DNA of 64,000 nucleotides from an archaeon (GCA_037443005.1 JBBIPE010000002.1:6815-70814); one strand, 5' to 3'; positions 10,059-20,768 are shown, counted from the stretch's first letter. Numbers and translations: made by a program. The notes: generated by a model from the sequence alone, not told the origin.

Positions 10059-10758
10059 GGTTTTTTCCCACGTCTTTGACGAAGAAACTTTACGGGCAGT
10101 TAATAAATTGCAGGGCGACGGATATATAAGCAATCTTCTGGGCCCGATAGGCACTGGAAAGGAAGCTTATGTTTTTTATAGTCAAAGTTTAAACAGGGAA
10201 GTAGCTGTCAAGATACATAGACACAATATATATTCTTTCAAAGGTATACCAACTTACATAAGATTAAGGGGAAGGAAAAGTGGCGGATTCTTGAAGAGAA
10301 TAAACGACTGGACAAGATTCGAATATTCCTTTCTTTCAAAGGCCTATAAGCTAGGGATAAATGCCCCGGAACCGATACGTAGCTATGAGAATATAATAGT
10401 CATGGGTTTCATAGGAGAGGATGGGAAACCTGCACTTTCCGCGTTGGAAAACAAGGAATTTGATGTTGACAGATGGTATAATATAATAGTGGACTTTATA
10501 ATAAAGATGGCAAAAAATGGTATGATACACGGTGATTTAAGTCCGTATAATATACTTAATAAAAATGGTATACCTTACATAATAGATTTTTCACAGGCAT
10601 TGAAACTTTCCAGATTGACAGAAAAATTCTTAGGAAGAGACATAGATAATATAAACAAATGGTTCTATTCCCTTAAGTATGGAAAATTGAAGAGAAAAGA
10701 GGATATACTAAAAGACATAGGAATTGATTATGACTTTGAAGGAAACGAAGGTTTATAA
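10045..10758 (+). CDS. RIO-type serine protein kinase
   Basis: 237 aa with [28 protein letters not shown] and IIDFSQA motifs. It overlaps the lonB 3' end by 14 nt. Confidence 0.8.
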   Translation: MPKSKVFSHVFDEETLRAVNKLQGDGYISNLLGPIGTGKEAYVFYSQSLNREVAVKIHRHNIYSFKGIPTYIRLRGRKSGGFLKRINDWTRFEYSFLSKAYKLGINAPEPIRSYENIIVMGFIGEDGKPALSALENKEFDVDRWYNIIVDFIIKMAKNGMIHGDLSPYNILNKNGIPYIIDFSQALKLSRLTEKFLGRDIDNINKWFYSLKYGKLKRKEDILKDIGIDYDFEGNEGL

Positions 10759-11045
10759 CCTACTTAGAAGATACCGAAAGGAAAGGTCATAACCTACAGT
10801 GAAATCGGCAGAAAACTGAAGATAAATCCCAGAGAGGTCGGAAGAATATTGAGCATTAATGAAAATCCGCAGATATATCCATGCTATAGAGTTGTCAGAT
10901 CTGGTGGTAGTTTGGGGGATACACCATAAACGGGAAAAACAATAAAGATACAGTGAAAATAAAGAGGAAAATGCTTTTGCGTGATAAAATCAGGATAACG
11001 AAAAACAAAGTAGATAAAGTCTATATATATTCATTTAAAAAGTGA
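10730..11045 (+). pseudogene. MGMT/ATL-family (methylated-DNA-protein-cysteine methyltransferase DNA-binding domain) gene with two frameshifts
   Basis: Conceptual product after two frame corrections: [88 protein letters not shown]... The frame changes fall at an A-run (~10768) and a GGGGG run (~10915). No intact ORF of 60 aa or more appears in the track. Confidence 0.6.
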
Positions 11046-11127
11046 GCAGAAAATAACATACTTCAGTGGTTGTGAGATATAACGGTGATACAACTAATAC
11101 TCTAAACTAAATATAAAGCATTATAAA

Positions 11128-11211
11128 CGCTGGGTGCAGGATTCGAACCTACGCAGGGAAAATCCCAACTGGCTCTCAAGGCCAGCGCTTTAACCGCTCA
11201 GCCAACCCAGC
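11128..11211 (-). tRNA. tRNA-Ser (UGA)
   Basis: The reverse complement folds with acceptor GCTGGGT/ACCCAGC, anticodon arm CTGGC-CTTGAGA-GCCAG, a long variable arm and T arm GTAGG-TTCGAAT-CCTGC. Confidence 0.9.
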
Positions 11212-11267
11212 ATTATCTTAATTATAATGCTAATGTTAAATATAAGTGTGATAGGTTTAATAATATT

Positions 11268-12083
11268 ATGATAATAAAAACGGAGGATTTCTCGCTTGAA
11301 AGGACATTAACTTCGGGGCAGATATTCTCATTTTCAAGACAAATGGATTATTGGTATTCATTCGTTGATAAACCACTTGCCATTAGACAGGACAATGACG
11401 AAATCGAATTTTTTGGAGCATCAGAAAAAGAAATAAAAGAGCTATTGGGTCTAAATGACAATATAAACGATATAAAGGCAGAGATAGATAAGGATGATTT
11501 CATAGACAAAGCTATCTCATATTCCAGCTCGTTAAGGGTAGTAAAAAGCGGCTTATGGCCGGCTACGCTTTCCTTTATACTTTCTATACAGTCGAATATA
11601 CCTTTGATACTTAGAAGGATAAAAGCAATGTCTGAATTTTACGGGCAAACTGCCGAAATAAATAGTGTAACTTTAAATAGTTTCCCTAGATTTGATGATA
11701 TATATGAAAAAGGGTATGAAAATTTAAAGCAGTTTAAGTTGGGCTTCAGGACAAAGTTCGTATTCTCCGCTGCCAGCTATTTTCATTCACATGAATTAAA
11801 TGAAAACTTTGGAATTGATGATTTAAGCAAGCACTTAATTCAAATCAATGGAATCGGTGAAAAAGTCCTTGATTGTATAAAACTTTATGGATTACATGAT
11901 CTGTCAGCTTTTCCAATGGATGTATGGATACTTAGAACACTATCTATTTATTATGGTAATATAATTTCCAAGTTTAAAAACTATAAAGACAAAAGGAATG
12001 CAATAGTAGACTATTTTGGCAGATATTCAGGCTATGCGCAGCTTTTCATGTATGATTATTCTAGGATCAATAAAATCCGCTAG
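11268..12083 (+). CDS. ogg: 8-oxoguanine DNA glycosylase/AP lyase (OGG1-type HhH-GPD)
   Basis: LTSGQIFSF at the N-terminus, HhH INGIGEKVLDC containing the catalytic Lys, then FPMDVW containing the Asp. Confidence 0.7.
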   Translation: MIIKTEDFSLERTLTSGQIFSFSRQMDYWYSFVDKPLAIRQDNDEIEFFGASEKEIKELLGLNDNINDIKAEIDKDDFIDKAISYSSSLRVVKSGLWPATLSFILSIQSNIPLILRRIKAMSEFYGQTAEINSVTLNSFPRFDDIYEKGYENLKQFKLGFRTKFVFSAASYFHSHELNENFGIDDLSKHLIQINGIGEKVLDCIKLYGLHDLSAFPMDVWILRTLSIYYGNIISKFKNYKDKRNAIVDYFGRYSGYAQLFMYDYSRINKIR

Positions 12084-12159
12084 CAGTTTTTGCGTACCTA
12101 TATGATTTATTTAAAGGCATTATATTAAAATATAAATATAATCCTTGTTTATTTATTCA

Positions 12160-13578
12160 ATGTATAGAGCACAGTCAGCTTTAGAGTATATGATGACGTA
12201 TGGCTGGGCCATTCTAATTATAGTAATTGTAGCAGTTATCCTCTACAGCATGGGTATCTTTAATCCTGCATCAAGTATAACAACCACTTCTACAGGGTTT
12301 TCTCCATTTACTGTTTCCACAACAATATGCACGGATGGCGGATTAAAATTTTTATTAAGTGTCGGGCCCCTACCAAATTCAGCTCAATTTACTAGTTTTA
12401 AAGAGGTATACATAATTTCTGCTTCCGGTACTAATTTTTCTGGAGTCATGTTAAAATCCAATTATAGTCTTCCATTTAATGCAGTTTCTGGAGGTACCTA
12501 CTCTATAGTAGTACCGGGTATATCCTGTAATAGCGCAGGTACAAAATTTACTATCAAAACAGTAATTAACTACGTTGAACATACTTCTGCTGGCATTGTT
12601 AGTTTTAATAGTTCTGGAGTACTTGCAGGAAACGCCGCAAAAGTAAATATAAATAATATTTATGTATCTGATTCGGGCTCTGATTTAATATCTATAATAT
12701 CCCCTAATAATATAGTTATAGGTAATTTTTCTGTAGCAGCATGTGCAAATGGAATAGCATTCCTGCCAGGCACTTATAATTTGTATATTGCCGATCCGTG
12801 CGGAAATGAAGTTTCGATTTATAATGCGTTTACAGGCCAAGTGATCCAAAATATAAAAGGCTGGATGAATGTACCGATAGGCGTTGCAATAACCCCAAAT
12901 AAGGAATATGCTTATGTTGCTAATTTAGATAGCAATAATATAACTGTTATAAATATAAGCGATGGAAATAAAGAAATTAAAAATATAACTGTAGGCAATT
13001 TTCCAAGAAATTCGCTGAATGGTGATGTAATAACACCTAATGGTGCATATGTTTATGCAACAGTAGAGGGAGCAAATCATACTTCTGTTATATCTACAGC
13101 AACAAATACAGTGATCAAAAATATAAGTATGGAGCATCCAAATACTGCAGTAATTTCTCCAAACGGAGATTATGTTTATATAACTGCAAACAAATATGTC
13201 TATAATGTATCTACTAAAACAAATTCAATAGTTGGTGAAATCTCCGCTGGGCTACAGTTGCCATCTGCAACTAATTCTCCATATGGTTTTCCTCTATATG
13301 GTATAACGGTGTCACCAAATGGAAATTATCTATATGTCGCTAATCAAAGTGGAAACAATACTCTAGTTATATCCGCAGCAACACATTCTGTAATTAAGAT
13401 CATAAAAACGTTAGGTGGGCCATCAAATCTTCTTTATGACCCTAACAACAATAATGTGTATATTATACGTAATTTAAATGGTCTTAATAATGTACAAGTT
13501 ATGTCTGCTATCACAAATAGTATAATAGCGAATATAACTGTTGGTTTAACCCCATACGGTATTGGCATGGTAGGTTAA
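12160..13578 (+). CDS. Class III signal peptide (pilin-like) N-terminus fused to a YVTN-type beta-propeller
   Basis: MYRAQSALEYMMTYGWAILIIVIVAV is a prepilin-type signal. It is followed by ~7 repeats of the (Y)VYVAN..SNN(I/V)SVI...TN.VI..I type. The track start at 12145 is a TTG five codons upstream. Confidence 0.75.
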   Translation: MYRAQSALEYMMTYGWAILIIVIVAVILYSMGIFNPASSITTTSTGFSPFTVSTTICTDGGLKFLLSVGPLPNSAQFTSFKEVYIISASGTNFSGVMLKSNYSLPFNAVSGGTYSIVVPGISCNSAGTKFTIKTVINYVEHTSAGIVSFNSSGVLAGNAAKVNINNIYVSDSGSDLISIISPNNIVIGNFSVAACANGIAFLPGTYNLYIADPCGNEVSIYNAFTGQVIQNIKGWMNVPIGVAITPNKEYAYVANLDSNNITVINISDGNKEIKNITVGNFPRNSLNGDVITPNGAYVYATVEGANHTSVISTATNTVIKNISMEHPNTAVISPNGDYVYITANKYVYNVSTKTNSIVGEISAGLQLPSATNSPYGFPLYGITVSPNGNYLYVANQSGNNTLVISAATHSVIKIIKTLGGPSNLLYDPNNNNVYIIRNLNGLNNVQVMSAITNSIIANITVGLTPYGIGMVG

Positions 13579-13602
13579 TTTATTTTAATATAAATACATT
13601 TC

Positions 13603-14703
13603 TTAAAATTCCTCGGTTTTTAATTCTTTTATACTGTCATCTATGATTTTATCCATATTTATTTCTTTTTCCATTTTTTCTATAATATCCCTATTTGATT
13701 TTGTTGCAGGGTTTTTTGAAACTATAGAGCAGCAGTCTTTATATTCTTCTATGGATAGTTCATAAAAACCGTATTTTATTGATTTTTCTATTATTTCATT
13801 TTTATTGTACCCTACAAATGGCCTGAAAACTGGCAGGTTTATTCCGTAGCTTATAGCATTTATATTTTCTATAGTCTGCGATGCAACTTGTGATAATGAA
13901 TCTCCTGTGACAATTGCTTGATAATTATTTTCTTCAGCTATCTTTTCAGCAAGTTTGAGCAGAAATCTCTTAAACATTACTAATTCATATCTTTTATCTA
14001 TTTTTAAAGCAGATAGACTGAAATAATGAAATGGTACCAGATAAATTTTTGTGCCTATTTCTATATTTCCTAGTTTTTTAGCTATTTCTTCAAGTTTCCC
14101 TTTTAATGCAGAATCAGGAGAATTAAGTGCGTATACATGTAAAAGGTCTACTTTTGCTCCTCTCTTCATCATCTCCACAGGTGCTACAGTTGAATCTATA
14201 CCCCCTGAAAAAAGTGATATTAATCTGCCTGAACTGCCAGTAGGCATTCCACTTATGCCTCTCTTTATATTATAGTTTATTATGAAAAAATCTGGCATTA
14301 TTTCTATTTTTATTTTCCTCCCCTCTTTGTCAAATCGCAACTTTAGCTTTTTTGCTATCTCTTCCTTCAATTCAACGGATGTTTTTTTATAAGTTTTATC
14401 AACTCTCTTTACATCAAGGTTTACATTACTATTGCCTGCGGTAAACTCGTTTACTAAATCAATTAATCTATCCTCATTTCTTTCAATCAAGTCTGCCTCA
14501 CTTAACCATGAAACTCCAGGTGTAAGCTCTAATTTCTTAATGTCATCGGCAGTATAATCCTCTAATATAAGCCTATTTTGATTTATTTCAGGTTTTTTCC
14601 CTGTTTTTTTCTCTATGTTCTTAATCAAAAGGCTCTGAAAATAACCCCTCTGTTTTCCTTTCAATGCTATCTCATCATAGTGTACAGACAATATCTTTTT
14701 CAT
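13603..14703 (-). CDS. thiI: tRNA 4-thiouridine synthase ThiI (THUMP + PP-loop)
   Basis: 366 aa with SGGIDS PP-loop and an N-terminal THUMP-like region. Confidence 0.8.
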   Translation of the reverse strand: MKKILSVHYDEIALKGKQRGYFQSLLIKNIEKKTGKKPEINQNRLILEDYTADDIKKLELTPGVSWLSEADLIERNEDRLIDLVNEFTAGNSNVNLDVKRVDKTYKKTSVELKEEIAKKLKLRFDKEGRKIKIEIMPDFFIINYNIKRGISGMPTGSSGRLISLFSGGIDSTVAPVEMMKRGAKVDLLHVYALNSPDSALKGKLEEIAKKLGNIEIGTKIYLVPFHYFSLSALKIDKRYELVMFKRFLLKLAEKIAEENNYQAIVTGDSLSQVASQTIENINAISYGINLPVFRPFVGYNKNEIIEKSIKYGFYELSIEEYKDCCSIVSKNPATKSNRDIIEKMEKEINMDKIIDDSIKELKTEEF

Positions 14704-15122
14704 ATATCCAAAACTATTTTACATTCAATTAATTCTTTTCCTTTTTTTATTTTAAGGTTGTGCATTGTTGTAGCCTTTACATCTGCTAAAAAGTATTCCT
14801 TCAAATTTTCTGTTTCTTCTCCCCTAGCTATACAGTTTAGCTTATAATTACCGGTTATATTCACTTTTGTTTCAGATAAAACAAGATGTTTATAATCCTT
14901 TATCAGTATAATTCTATCTAAAAACTTTACCAGTAAATCCTCAAGTCTTTGTGATCTAAGCACAAATTTAATCGTTTTTTTGGTTTTTATCTTATTCTTA
15001 TTTATCATTGTTCTAAAGAGGGCATATGATGAGTTCTCAAATAATTCATTAATTGTTTTTCCGTATGCGATAAAAGATATATCTGCAGTGGATTCATTAC
15101 CCAAAAATCTGTACTTTTCCAT
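14700..15122 (-). CDS. Archease (RtcB activator)
   Basis: 140 aa with TADISFIAYGKT and DVKATTMHNL motifs, immediately downstream of rtcB with a 1-nt overlap. Confidence 0.8.
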   Translation of the reverse strand: MEKYRFLGNESTADISFIAYGKTINELFENSSYALFRTMINKNKIKTKKTIKFVLRSQRLEDLLVKFLDRIILIKDYKHLVLSETKVNITGNYKLNCIARGEETENLKEYFLADVKATTMHNLKIKKGKELIECKIVLDI

Positions 15123-16591
15123 TATCCCTTTATATTTCCAATTGGGTTTAAGCTAAGAACCTTAAGGCTTATTCCAGCATCATGCATAGAATTTACAACT
15201 TCATCTATATTTTTGTAGGCAGCTCCTCCTTCTTCGATTAAGCCGTTAATACTGTTAGATTTTACGTATATCTCCTTCTTTTTCATATTTTCAATGAGCT
15301 TGTCTCCATTTATTACTTCTCTGGCTTTTACTCTACTCATTGTCCTGCCGCTTCCATGTAATGTTGTGCCAAAAGTCTCAAGTTCGGCTTTCTTTGTTCC
15401 AACACACAAATATGATCCGGTTTCCATGCTTCCACCCACTATTACAGGTTGACCTGTTGACTTTAGTACTCCTTTAAGTTCCTTATTTCCCGGTCCGAAG
15501 CTTCTTGTAGCTCCTTTACGATGCACTATTACATCTTTTTTAACTCCATCTACAATATGTTCTTCTACTTTTGCGGTATTATGTGCAATGTCATATACTA
15601 TTTCAAGTCCCATCTCCTTTTCGCTTTTTTTGAATACATTTTTAAAAGCTTCTCTTATTTGGTAAGTTATAATCTGCCTATTTACAAATGCAAAGTTTGC
15701 AGCACATGACATAGCTTTAAGGTAATTTTGTCCTTCTTCTGAATTAAATGGTGCATATGCCAGCTGTTTATCTGCTAGATATATTTTGTTTTTTTCCGCA
15801 TATTTTAAGAAAGTCTTAATGTAGTCGCTTGCTATCTGGTGTCCAAAGCCTCTTGAACCCGTATGGAACATTATAACCACCTGTTTATTAATTGTATCTA
15901 AATCAAGACTGTTCGCTATATCTCTGTTGAAATCCTCTTTTATTGTCTGTATCTCAAGATAATGATTCCCAGAGCCTAAAGTTCCTAACTGTTCCCTACC
16001 TCTTTTAAATGCTTCTTGGCTAACTTTTGAAAAATCTGCATATTTTAAAATCCCATTTTCTTCTATTCTCTCCTTGTCTTTTTTGTTCGCATATCCATTT
16101 TCAATCGTCCAGTTTATTCCCTCCTCGGCTATTATCTTCATGTCATCTTTGCTCAAAGATTTCAGATTTTTTATCGAATTTGGTGAACTTGATCCTACAC
16201 CAGCTGGCACTAGTTTAAAAAGCAGGTCTATCAATTCTTTTATTTTTGGTTTTACTTCATCTGCACTAAGATTAGTCCTGATAAGCCGCATACCGCAATT
16301 AATATCAAAGCCAACGACACCAGGGGAGATAATTCCATCTGACAAATCAAATGCGCCTGCCCATCCTACCGGTACTCCGTAGCCTATATGTGCATCGCTG
16401 AATATATAAGAATATTTGAGAATACCTGGCAGGTTTGCCGCGTTTTCCGCCTGGTTAAATACTTCATCCTCTATATCATTGAGTATTCTCTTGTTGGCAT
16501 AAACTTTTAAAGGCACTCTACCAATGTTTTCCGATTCCCATGCATTTTTGTCTTTTTCCTTTAAGGATTTACGTATACTTTTAATATTCAT
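15122..16591 (-). CDS. rtcB: RNA-splicing ligase RtcB
   Basis: 489 aa with DAHIGYG, GFDINCGMR, GSGNHY, HTGSRGFGHQ, HNTA and HGSGR motifs. Confidence 0.95.
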   Translation of the reverse strand: MNIKSIRKSLKEKDKNAWESENIGRVPLKVYANKRILNDIEDEVFNQAENAANLPGILKYSYIFSDAHIGYGVPVGWAGAFDLSDGIISPGVVGFDINCGMRLIRTNLSADEVKPKIKELIDLLFKLVPAGVGSSSPNSIKNLKSLSKDDMKIIAEEGINWTIENGYANKKDKERIEENGILKYADFSKVSQEAFKRGREQLGTLGSGNHYLEIQTIKEDFNRDIANSLDLDTINKQVVIMFHTGSRGFGHQIASDYIKTFLKYAEKNKIYLADKQLAYAPFNSEEGQNYLKAMSCAANFAFVNRQIITYQIREAFKNVFKKSEKEMGLEIVYDIAHNTAKVEEHIVDGVKKDVIVHRKGATRSFGPGNKELKGVLKSTGQPVIVGGSMETGSYLCVGTKKAELETFGTTLHGSGRTMSRVKAREVINGDKLIENMKKKEIYVKSNSINGLIEEGGAAYKNIDEVVNSMHDAGISLKVLSLNPIGNIKG

Positions 16592-16640
16592 AAATTAATT
16601 TGATGTCTATGATTAAATAGATATAGCTATTTCTCTTTTT

Positions 16641-17405
16641 TTAACCATTGCTCATATTATCATAGCCCTTTACAACATGCATATTATCGTTATTTTTCTC
16701 TATTTTGTTTATTTTATCAAGTAATTCTTTCTTATCCATCATTTTACTGCACAATATTATAGTATTCCCCGAGCCCATTGGATTATTAACAAGATATACT
16801 TTAAAGTGCTTTTTTAGCTTGTTTATATAATTTTGTAGAAATACGATAGCCTTGAAGCTCATTGCATAATTTATAGCCATTACTCCGTCTTTGGTTAGTG
16901 CTTTATCTATATTCTCGATGGTTTGTTCATCTAGAAACTGATCAGGTATCTTGTCTCCGTCATATGCATCAAGAAAAAGCAAGTTATACTTCTTTTTGTT
17001 TTCTTTCAAGAATTTTATACCATCATCTAATACTATATTGACTTTCTCTATATCATCTTTTATGAAGTCCTTAGCTAAATCAATCATCTTATTATCTATT
17101 TCAACAACATCCATTTTTATTTTATTTTTGTAAAGCTGGTTTATCTGGTAGACTATTGTACCTCCTCCAAGGCCTATCATAAGAATTTCTGGCTTTTCAT
17201 ATAATAAAGGCAAAGGTGTAAAATAATCCCAATAAGATCCTGTAAATATATGCTTTGGATTTCTTCTGGAGTAGGTTATACCATTGAATTTGACGCTTAA
17301 TCCCTCTGGCCCCTCTGTCAATGTGAGCGTCTTTTTCTCGTCTTTTTCTGTCTTTATTACCTTTTCTCCGTATATCCTTTCCACTATTTTATTTATTACG
17401 TTCAT
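16641..17405 (-). CDS. Spermidine synthase-like class I methyltransferase-fold protein
   Basis: IGLGGGT, VVEID and LFLDAYDG motifs typical of spermine/spermidine synthase family proteins. Confidence 0.55.
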   Translation of the reverse strand: MNVINKIVERIYGEKVIKTEKDEKKTLTLTEGPEGLSVKFNGITYSRRNPKHIFTGSYWDYFTPLPLLYEKPEILMIGLGGGTIVYQINQLYKNKIKMDVVEIDNKMIDLAKDFIKDDIEKVNIVLDDGIKFLKENKKKYNLLFLDAYDGDKIPDQFLDEQTIENIDKALTKDGVMAINYAMSFKAIVFLQNYINKLKKHFKVYLVNNPMGSGNTIILCSKMMDKKELLDKINKIEKNNDNMHVVKGYDNMSNG

Positions 17406-19677
17406 ACTCTTTTAAACCTGGCCACCAATTATATTTTTTCAAAACGAACATTATTGATGGTACTATAAATAAAACTGATATAGTGGAATCAAGGAGTATA
17501 CCAATCGCGACTATAAAGCCGACCTCTGCTATTATTGGAACTCCACTTGCGATAAGAGACAGGAATACAATGGAGAATATAACTCCTATGCTTGCAACTA
17601 CTGGCCCGCTTTTGATCAGCCCCAATTTTATGGCTTCACTGTTTGTTTTGCCCTCTTTAACAAATTCTCTTATTCTCATTACAAGAAATATATCATAGTC
17701 AACTCCTACTCCCATTATACTTGTTATCAGAAACACCTGTGCAATTGATATGAACGGTAATGACAGTATATAATGGAAGATAAGAAGTGTTACCCCATTG
17801 GCGGCAATTACATTTGATATTATCAGCAAGACAAGTCTAAATGGGGTATAAAGAGAAAACAAGATTATGAAAAGAACAATGAATATCATGGAACCAAGTG
17901 CTAGTATAAGAAGCGGAACATTAGAATTCATGCTGTTAACAGCTTTTCCAAGGAAAACTTGCAATCCGTCTATACTATAATTAACATTGCTACTTTTAAG
18001 GTAGTTGTTTATGTTATTGTAATCATTTAATGCAGGAGTCGTAAATCCAAGCGGCTTCAAAAAGGCGGTTACATTCATTGAAGCATTATTTTTTTGGACA
18101 GTTGTATATGCTACCCCATTCATTGATTTTATCTCATTGTAAATACTTGTCAGGTTTGTGTTTTTAGTTGTATTTATGTTTATTATGAGTGGGTCAATTG
18201 GGTCGAATTTAAAATTATTTGAGGCAACGTAAAATGCTGTCTTTGACTGCGAATTTGGTAGTAGGCCTAGAAAGTTCATTCCAGGGTGAAAAGTTACAAA
18301 GAAGTATGCAGCTATTAATATTAATATAACGAAAACTGAAATTATAAAATATCTATTTTTATGATTGAATTCACCGAGTTTTCTGAAGCTTTTATCAAAC
18401 GAAAATCCAGATTTAAAATTCGGGTAGAAAACCCTTTTTCCAAGAAATATTAATACGGCCGGCATAAATGTCAAAGCCGATAAAAGTACTATTAGAACTC
18501 CCACAGAATCCAGTAAACCTGTAGAGCCAAGGAACGCAAGATTAAATCCGGAAAGTATTGCATATGCCAGTATTACGGTTGTTCCACTTACAAGTATTGC
18601 AGCACCGGCTCCACCTATACTTATCTTCACGCTTTCTCTGTGGTCTTTTTTGAGTTCCTGCTTAAATCTGTATAACATATAAATTAAATAGTCGGTTGAT
18701 ATACCAAGCATTAATATTGCAGCAAGTGCAGGGTCAAAGAATGATATTGTGCTTTTTAGTAGTATATGGTAAATAAAATAGAAAATAGAAAAAGCTATGG
18801 AAAGGTCTACAATGTATATAAAAAGAGGGACAAATGCAGCAATAGGGGATCTAAATATCAGACCTGTTATTATAACCACCATTAAGATTCCTATGGCTAT
18901 CGCCAGAAATGTACCAAAATTAGTCTCGCTTTCTATATTGCTGCTTAAGCCAGTTGAGCCAGTTACATAGTCCTGCAGACCGTATTTACCAGATATACCA
19001 TTGACATATGAGTTAACAAAGGAATAGTTAGAATTATTTACAGTTGCTATTGTGGTTGTCCCATTATAATTTATAAGCGTGGTCGTCTCGTTTTTATTTG
19101 CTGCAAGAGGGTAATTTGATAAATTATAATTGTTTATAATATATTCTGGCGTAGAATTTTGATATCCTTTTATTATGCCGACTATAAAACTGTAGGCATC
19201 GTCTCTTTCAAGTATCTTTGAGCTGTTTAAACTTGAGTATATTTTTGCAGCTATACTATCTATTATGGTATTGTTTAATTGTTGAGGCACTGTTTTTGCT
19301 GTAAGATTATATTTTAAGTATGCTAGGTTGAGTGAGGCATATGATGCGTTTTTTATGCTATAATAAGAGGAGTTTATTATATTATACTCAACTGAATATA
19401 TCGATGTTATGTTTTTGTAGGCAAAGCCGTCTGACATATTATAAAAAAAAGCTTTTGTCTCATTTGAAAAGGGAGTTTTACTAACAGTTACTATTAACTG
19501 CAGGGAATTCCCCTTTGAGGAGTTTCCATCGTTTCCAGTTATATTATATGAAACTATGCTGAAAAGATGTATCGCTATTGGTATTGAAACCAAAAATAAA
19601 ATCAGCCAGATAGCTATTATTTTTTTGTGGTTTTTATCTATTATATTAGCTAGTTTTTTTAGATTGATTTCCATCAA
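17389..19677 (-). CDS. MMPL/RND-superfamily membrane transporter
   Basis: 762 aa with two blocks of ~6 TM helices separated by large Asn/Ser-rich extracytoplasmic domains, and GxSTDYxI/GVGVDYDIF motifs. Confidence 0.7.
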   Translation of the reverse strand: MMEINLKKLANIIDKNHKKIIAIWLILFLVSIPIAIHLFSIVSYNITGNDGNSSKGNSLQLIVTVSKTPFSNETKAFFYNMSDGFAYKNITSIYSVEYNIINSSYYSIKNASYASLNLAYLKYNLTAKTVPQQLNNTIIDSIAAKIYSSLNSSKILERDDAYSFIVGIIKGYQNSTPEYIINNYNLSNYPLAANKNETTTLINYNGTTTIATVNNSNYSFVNSYVNGISGKYGLQDYVTGSTGLSSNIESETNFGTFLAIAIGILMVVIITGLIFRSPIAAFVPLFIYIVDLSIAFSIFYFIYHILLKSTISFFDPALAAILMLGISTDYLIYMLYRFKQELKKDHRESVKISIGGAGAAILVSGTTVILAYAILSGFNLAFLGSTGLLDSVGVLIVLLSALTFMPAVLIFLGKRVFYPNFKSGFSFDKSFRKLGEFNHKNRYFIISVFVILILIAAYFFVTFHPGMNFLGLLPNSQSKTAFYVASNNFKFDPIDPLIININTTKNTNLTSIYNEIKSMNGVAYTTVQKNNASMNVTAFLKPLGFTTPALNDYNNINNYLKSSNVNYSIDGLQVFLGKAVNSMNSNVPLLILALGSMIFIVLFIILFSLYTPFRLVLLIISNVIAANGVTLLIFHYILSLPFISIAQVFLITSIMGVGVDYDIFLVMRIREFVKEGKTNSEAIKLGLIKSGPVVASIGVIFSIVFLSLIASGVPIIAEVGFIVAIGILLDSTISVLFIVPSIMFVLKKYNWWPGLKEYERNK

Positions 19678-19684
19678 TTAACTT

Positions 19685-20065
19685 TTAATCTACTTTTCTC
19701 AGTGTGACTTGACCATCCTGTCCAGGCCTATTTACTACAACTGCCTTCCCTTTATCCGTTTCTAGAATGGCTCCCTTTGTTATTATATTACGCCTAGCGT
19801 ATGACCTGTTTGCTTTGTTTTCAAGAACTCTTATTATCTCGACATTTGACTGCGGCTTGCCTTTTTCATCAAACAGATTTCCTTTATTTGTTTTTAGCGG
19901 AATTACCTTTGTGTTTCCACCCATTGTTCTAATCGTCTTTATTTTTCTATTTCCTACCTGCAAAAGAACTGATAAATCTTTAGATTCGCTTCTCCTCTTA
20001 TCTCTCCTCTTACCTTTAAAACCTCCTCCTCTCTTTTTTAAAGTCGGTGCAGTGCTTTTAGACAT
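19685..20065 (-). CDS. rps8e: 30S ribosomal protein S8e
   Basis: 126 aa, basic, with KRRDKRR, GGNTKV and ITKGAI patterns. Confidence 0.85.
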   Translation of the reverse strand: MSKSTAPTLKKRGGGFKGKRRDKRRSESKDLSVLLQVGNRKIKTIRTMGGNTKVIPLKTNKGNLFDEKGKPQSNVEIIRVLENKANRSYARRNIITKGAILETDKGKAVVVNRPGQDGQVTLRKVD

Positions 20066-20105
20066 ATTCTTATTCTATAAAATGCGTTGTATTTAAAGGT
20101 TTTCT

Positions 20106-20768
20106 TTACTTATCAATTGAGTCCAATACCTCAACCTCTATCTTATTTTTTAATAGGATTTTAAATTCTTCTGCGTCCTTTGCAGTTCCTATTCCTGATC
20201 CATAGTGCATAGGTATAGCTATTTTTGGATGCATCTTGACAGCCGCTTCGGCTGCCTCATTTGGGTTCATTACATATACTCCGCTTATAGGCAGCAAAGC
20301 TATGTCCTCTCTGTAATCCTTCATTTCTGGTATAAGGTCTGTATCTCCTGCGATATAAATCCTGTTATTATTGATTATAAAGATATACCCTACATTTCCT
20401 TTTTCTTTTGGATGAAAAGGTTTTCCTTCTGCCGAAAATTTGTTGATATTATAAGAAGGTACGGTTTTTATTGTTATATTATTTATTATTTTTACCTCAT
20501 TTGGTAGGACAAAGACTTTTCTGTTGTTAACATCTTTAAGTTTATTTTCACAGTCCTTTTGTGCCACAATAATTGTATTTTTGTTTACCAACTTTTTTAT
20601 GCTTTCTATATCTAAATGATCATAGTGGTCATGTGTTATTAGAATAATGTCAGCATCATTGTAGTCATTTATTATTTTATATGGGTCTGTGTATATTATT
20701 GTGTTTTTATCGCTTACTCGAAAGCACGCGTGATGAAGCCATTCTAATTTTATCCCATTAAATTCCAT
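20106..20768 (-). CDS. Metallo-beta-lactamase fold hydrolase
   Basis: ITHDHYDHLD (HxHxDH) motif and a downstream His/Asp pattern. Confidence 0.75.
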   Translation of the reverse strand: MEFNGIKLEWLHHACFRVSDKNTIIYTDPYKIINDYNDADIILITHDHYDHLDIESIKKLVNKNTIIVAQKDCENKLKDVNNRKVFVLPNEVKIINNITIKTVPSYNINKFSAEGKPFHPKEKGNVGYIFIINNNRIYIAGDTDLIPEMKDYREDIALLPISGVYVMNPNEAAEAAVKMHPKIAIPMHYGSGIGTAKDAEEFKILLKNKIEVEVLDSIDK

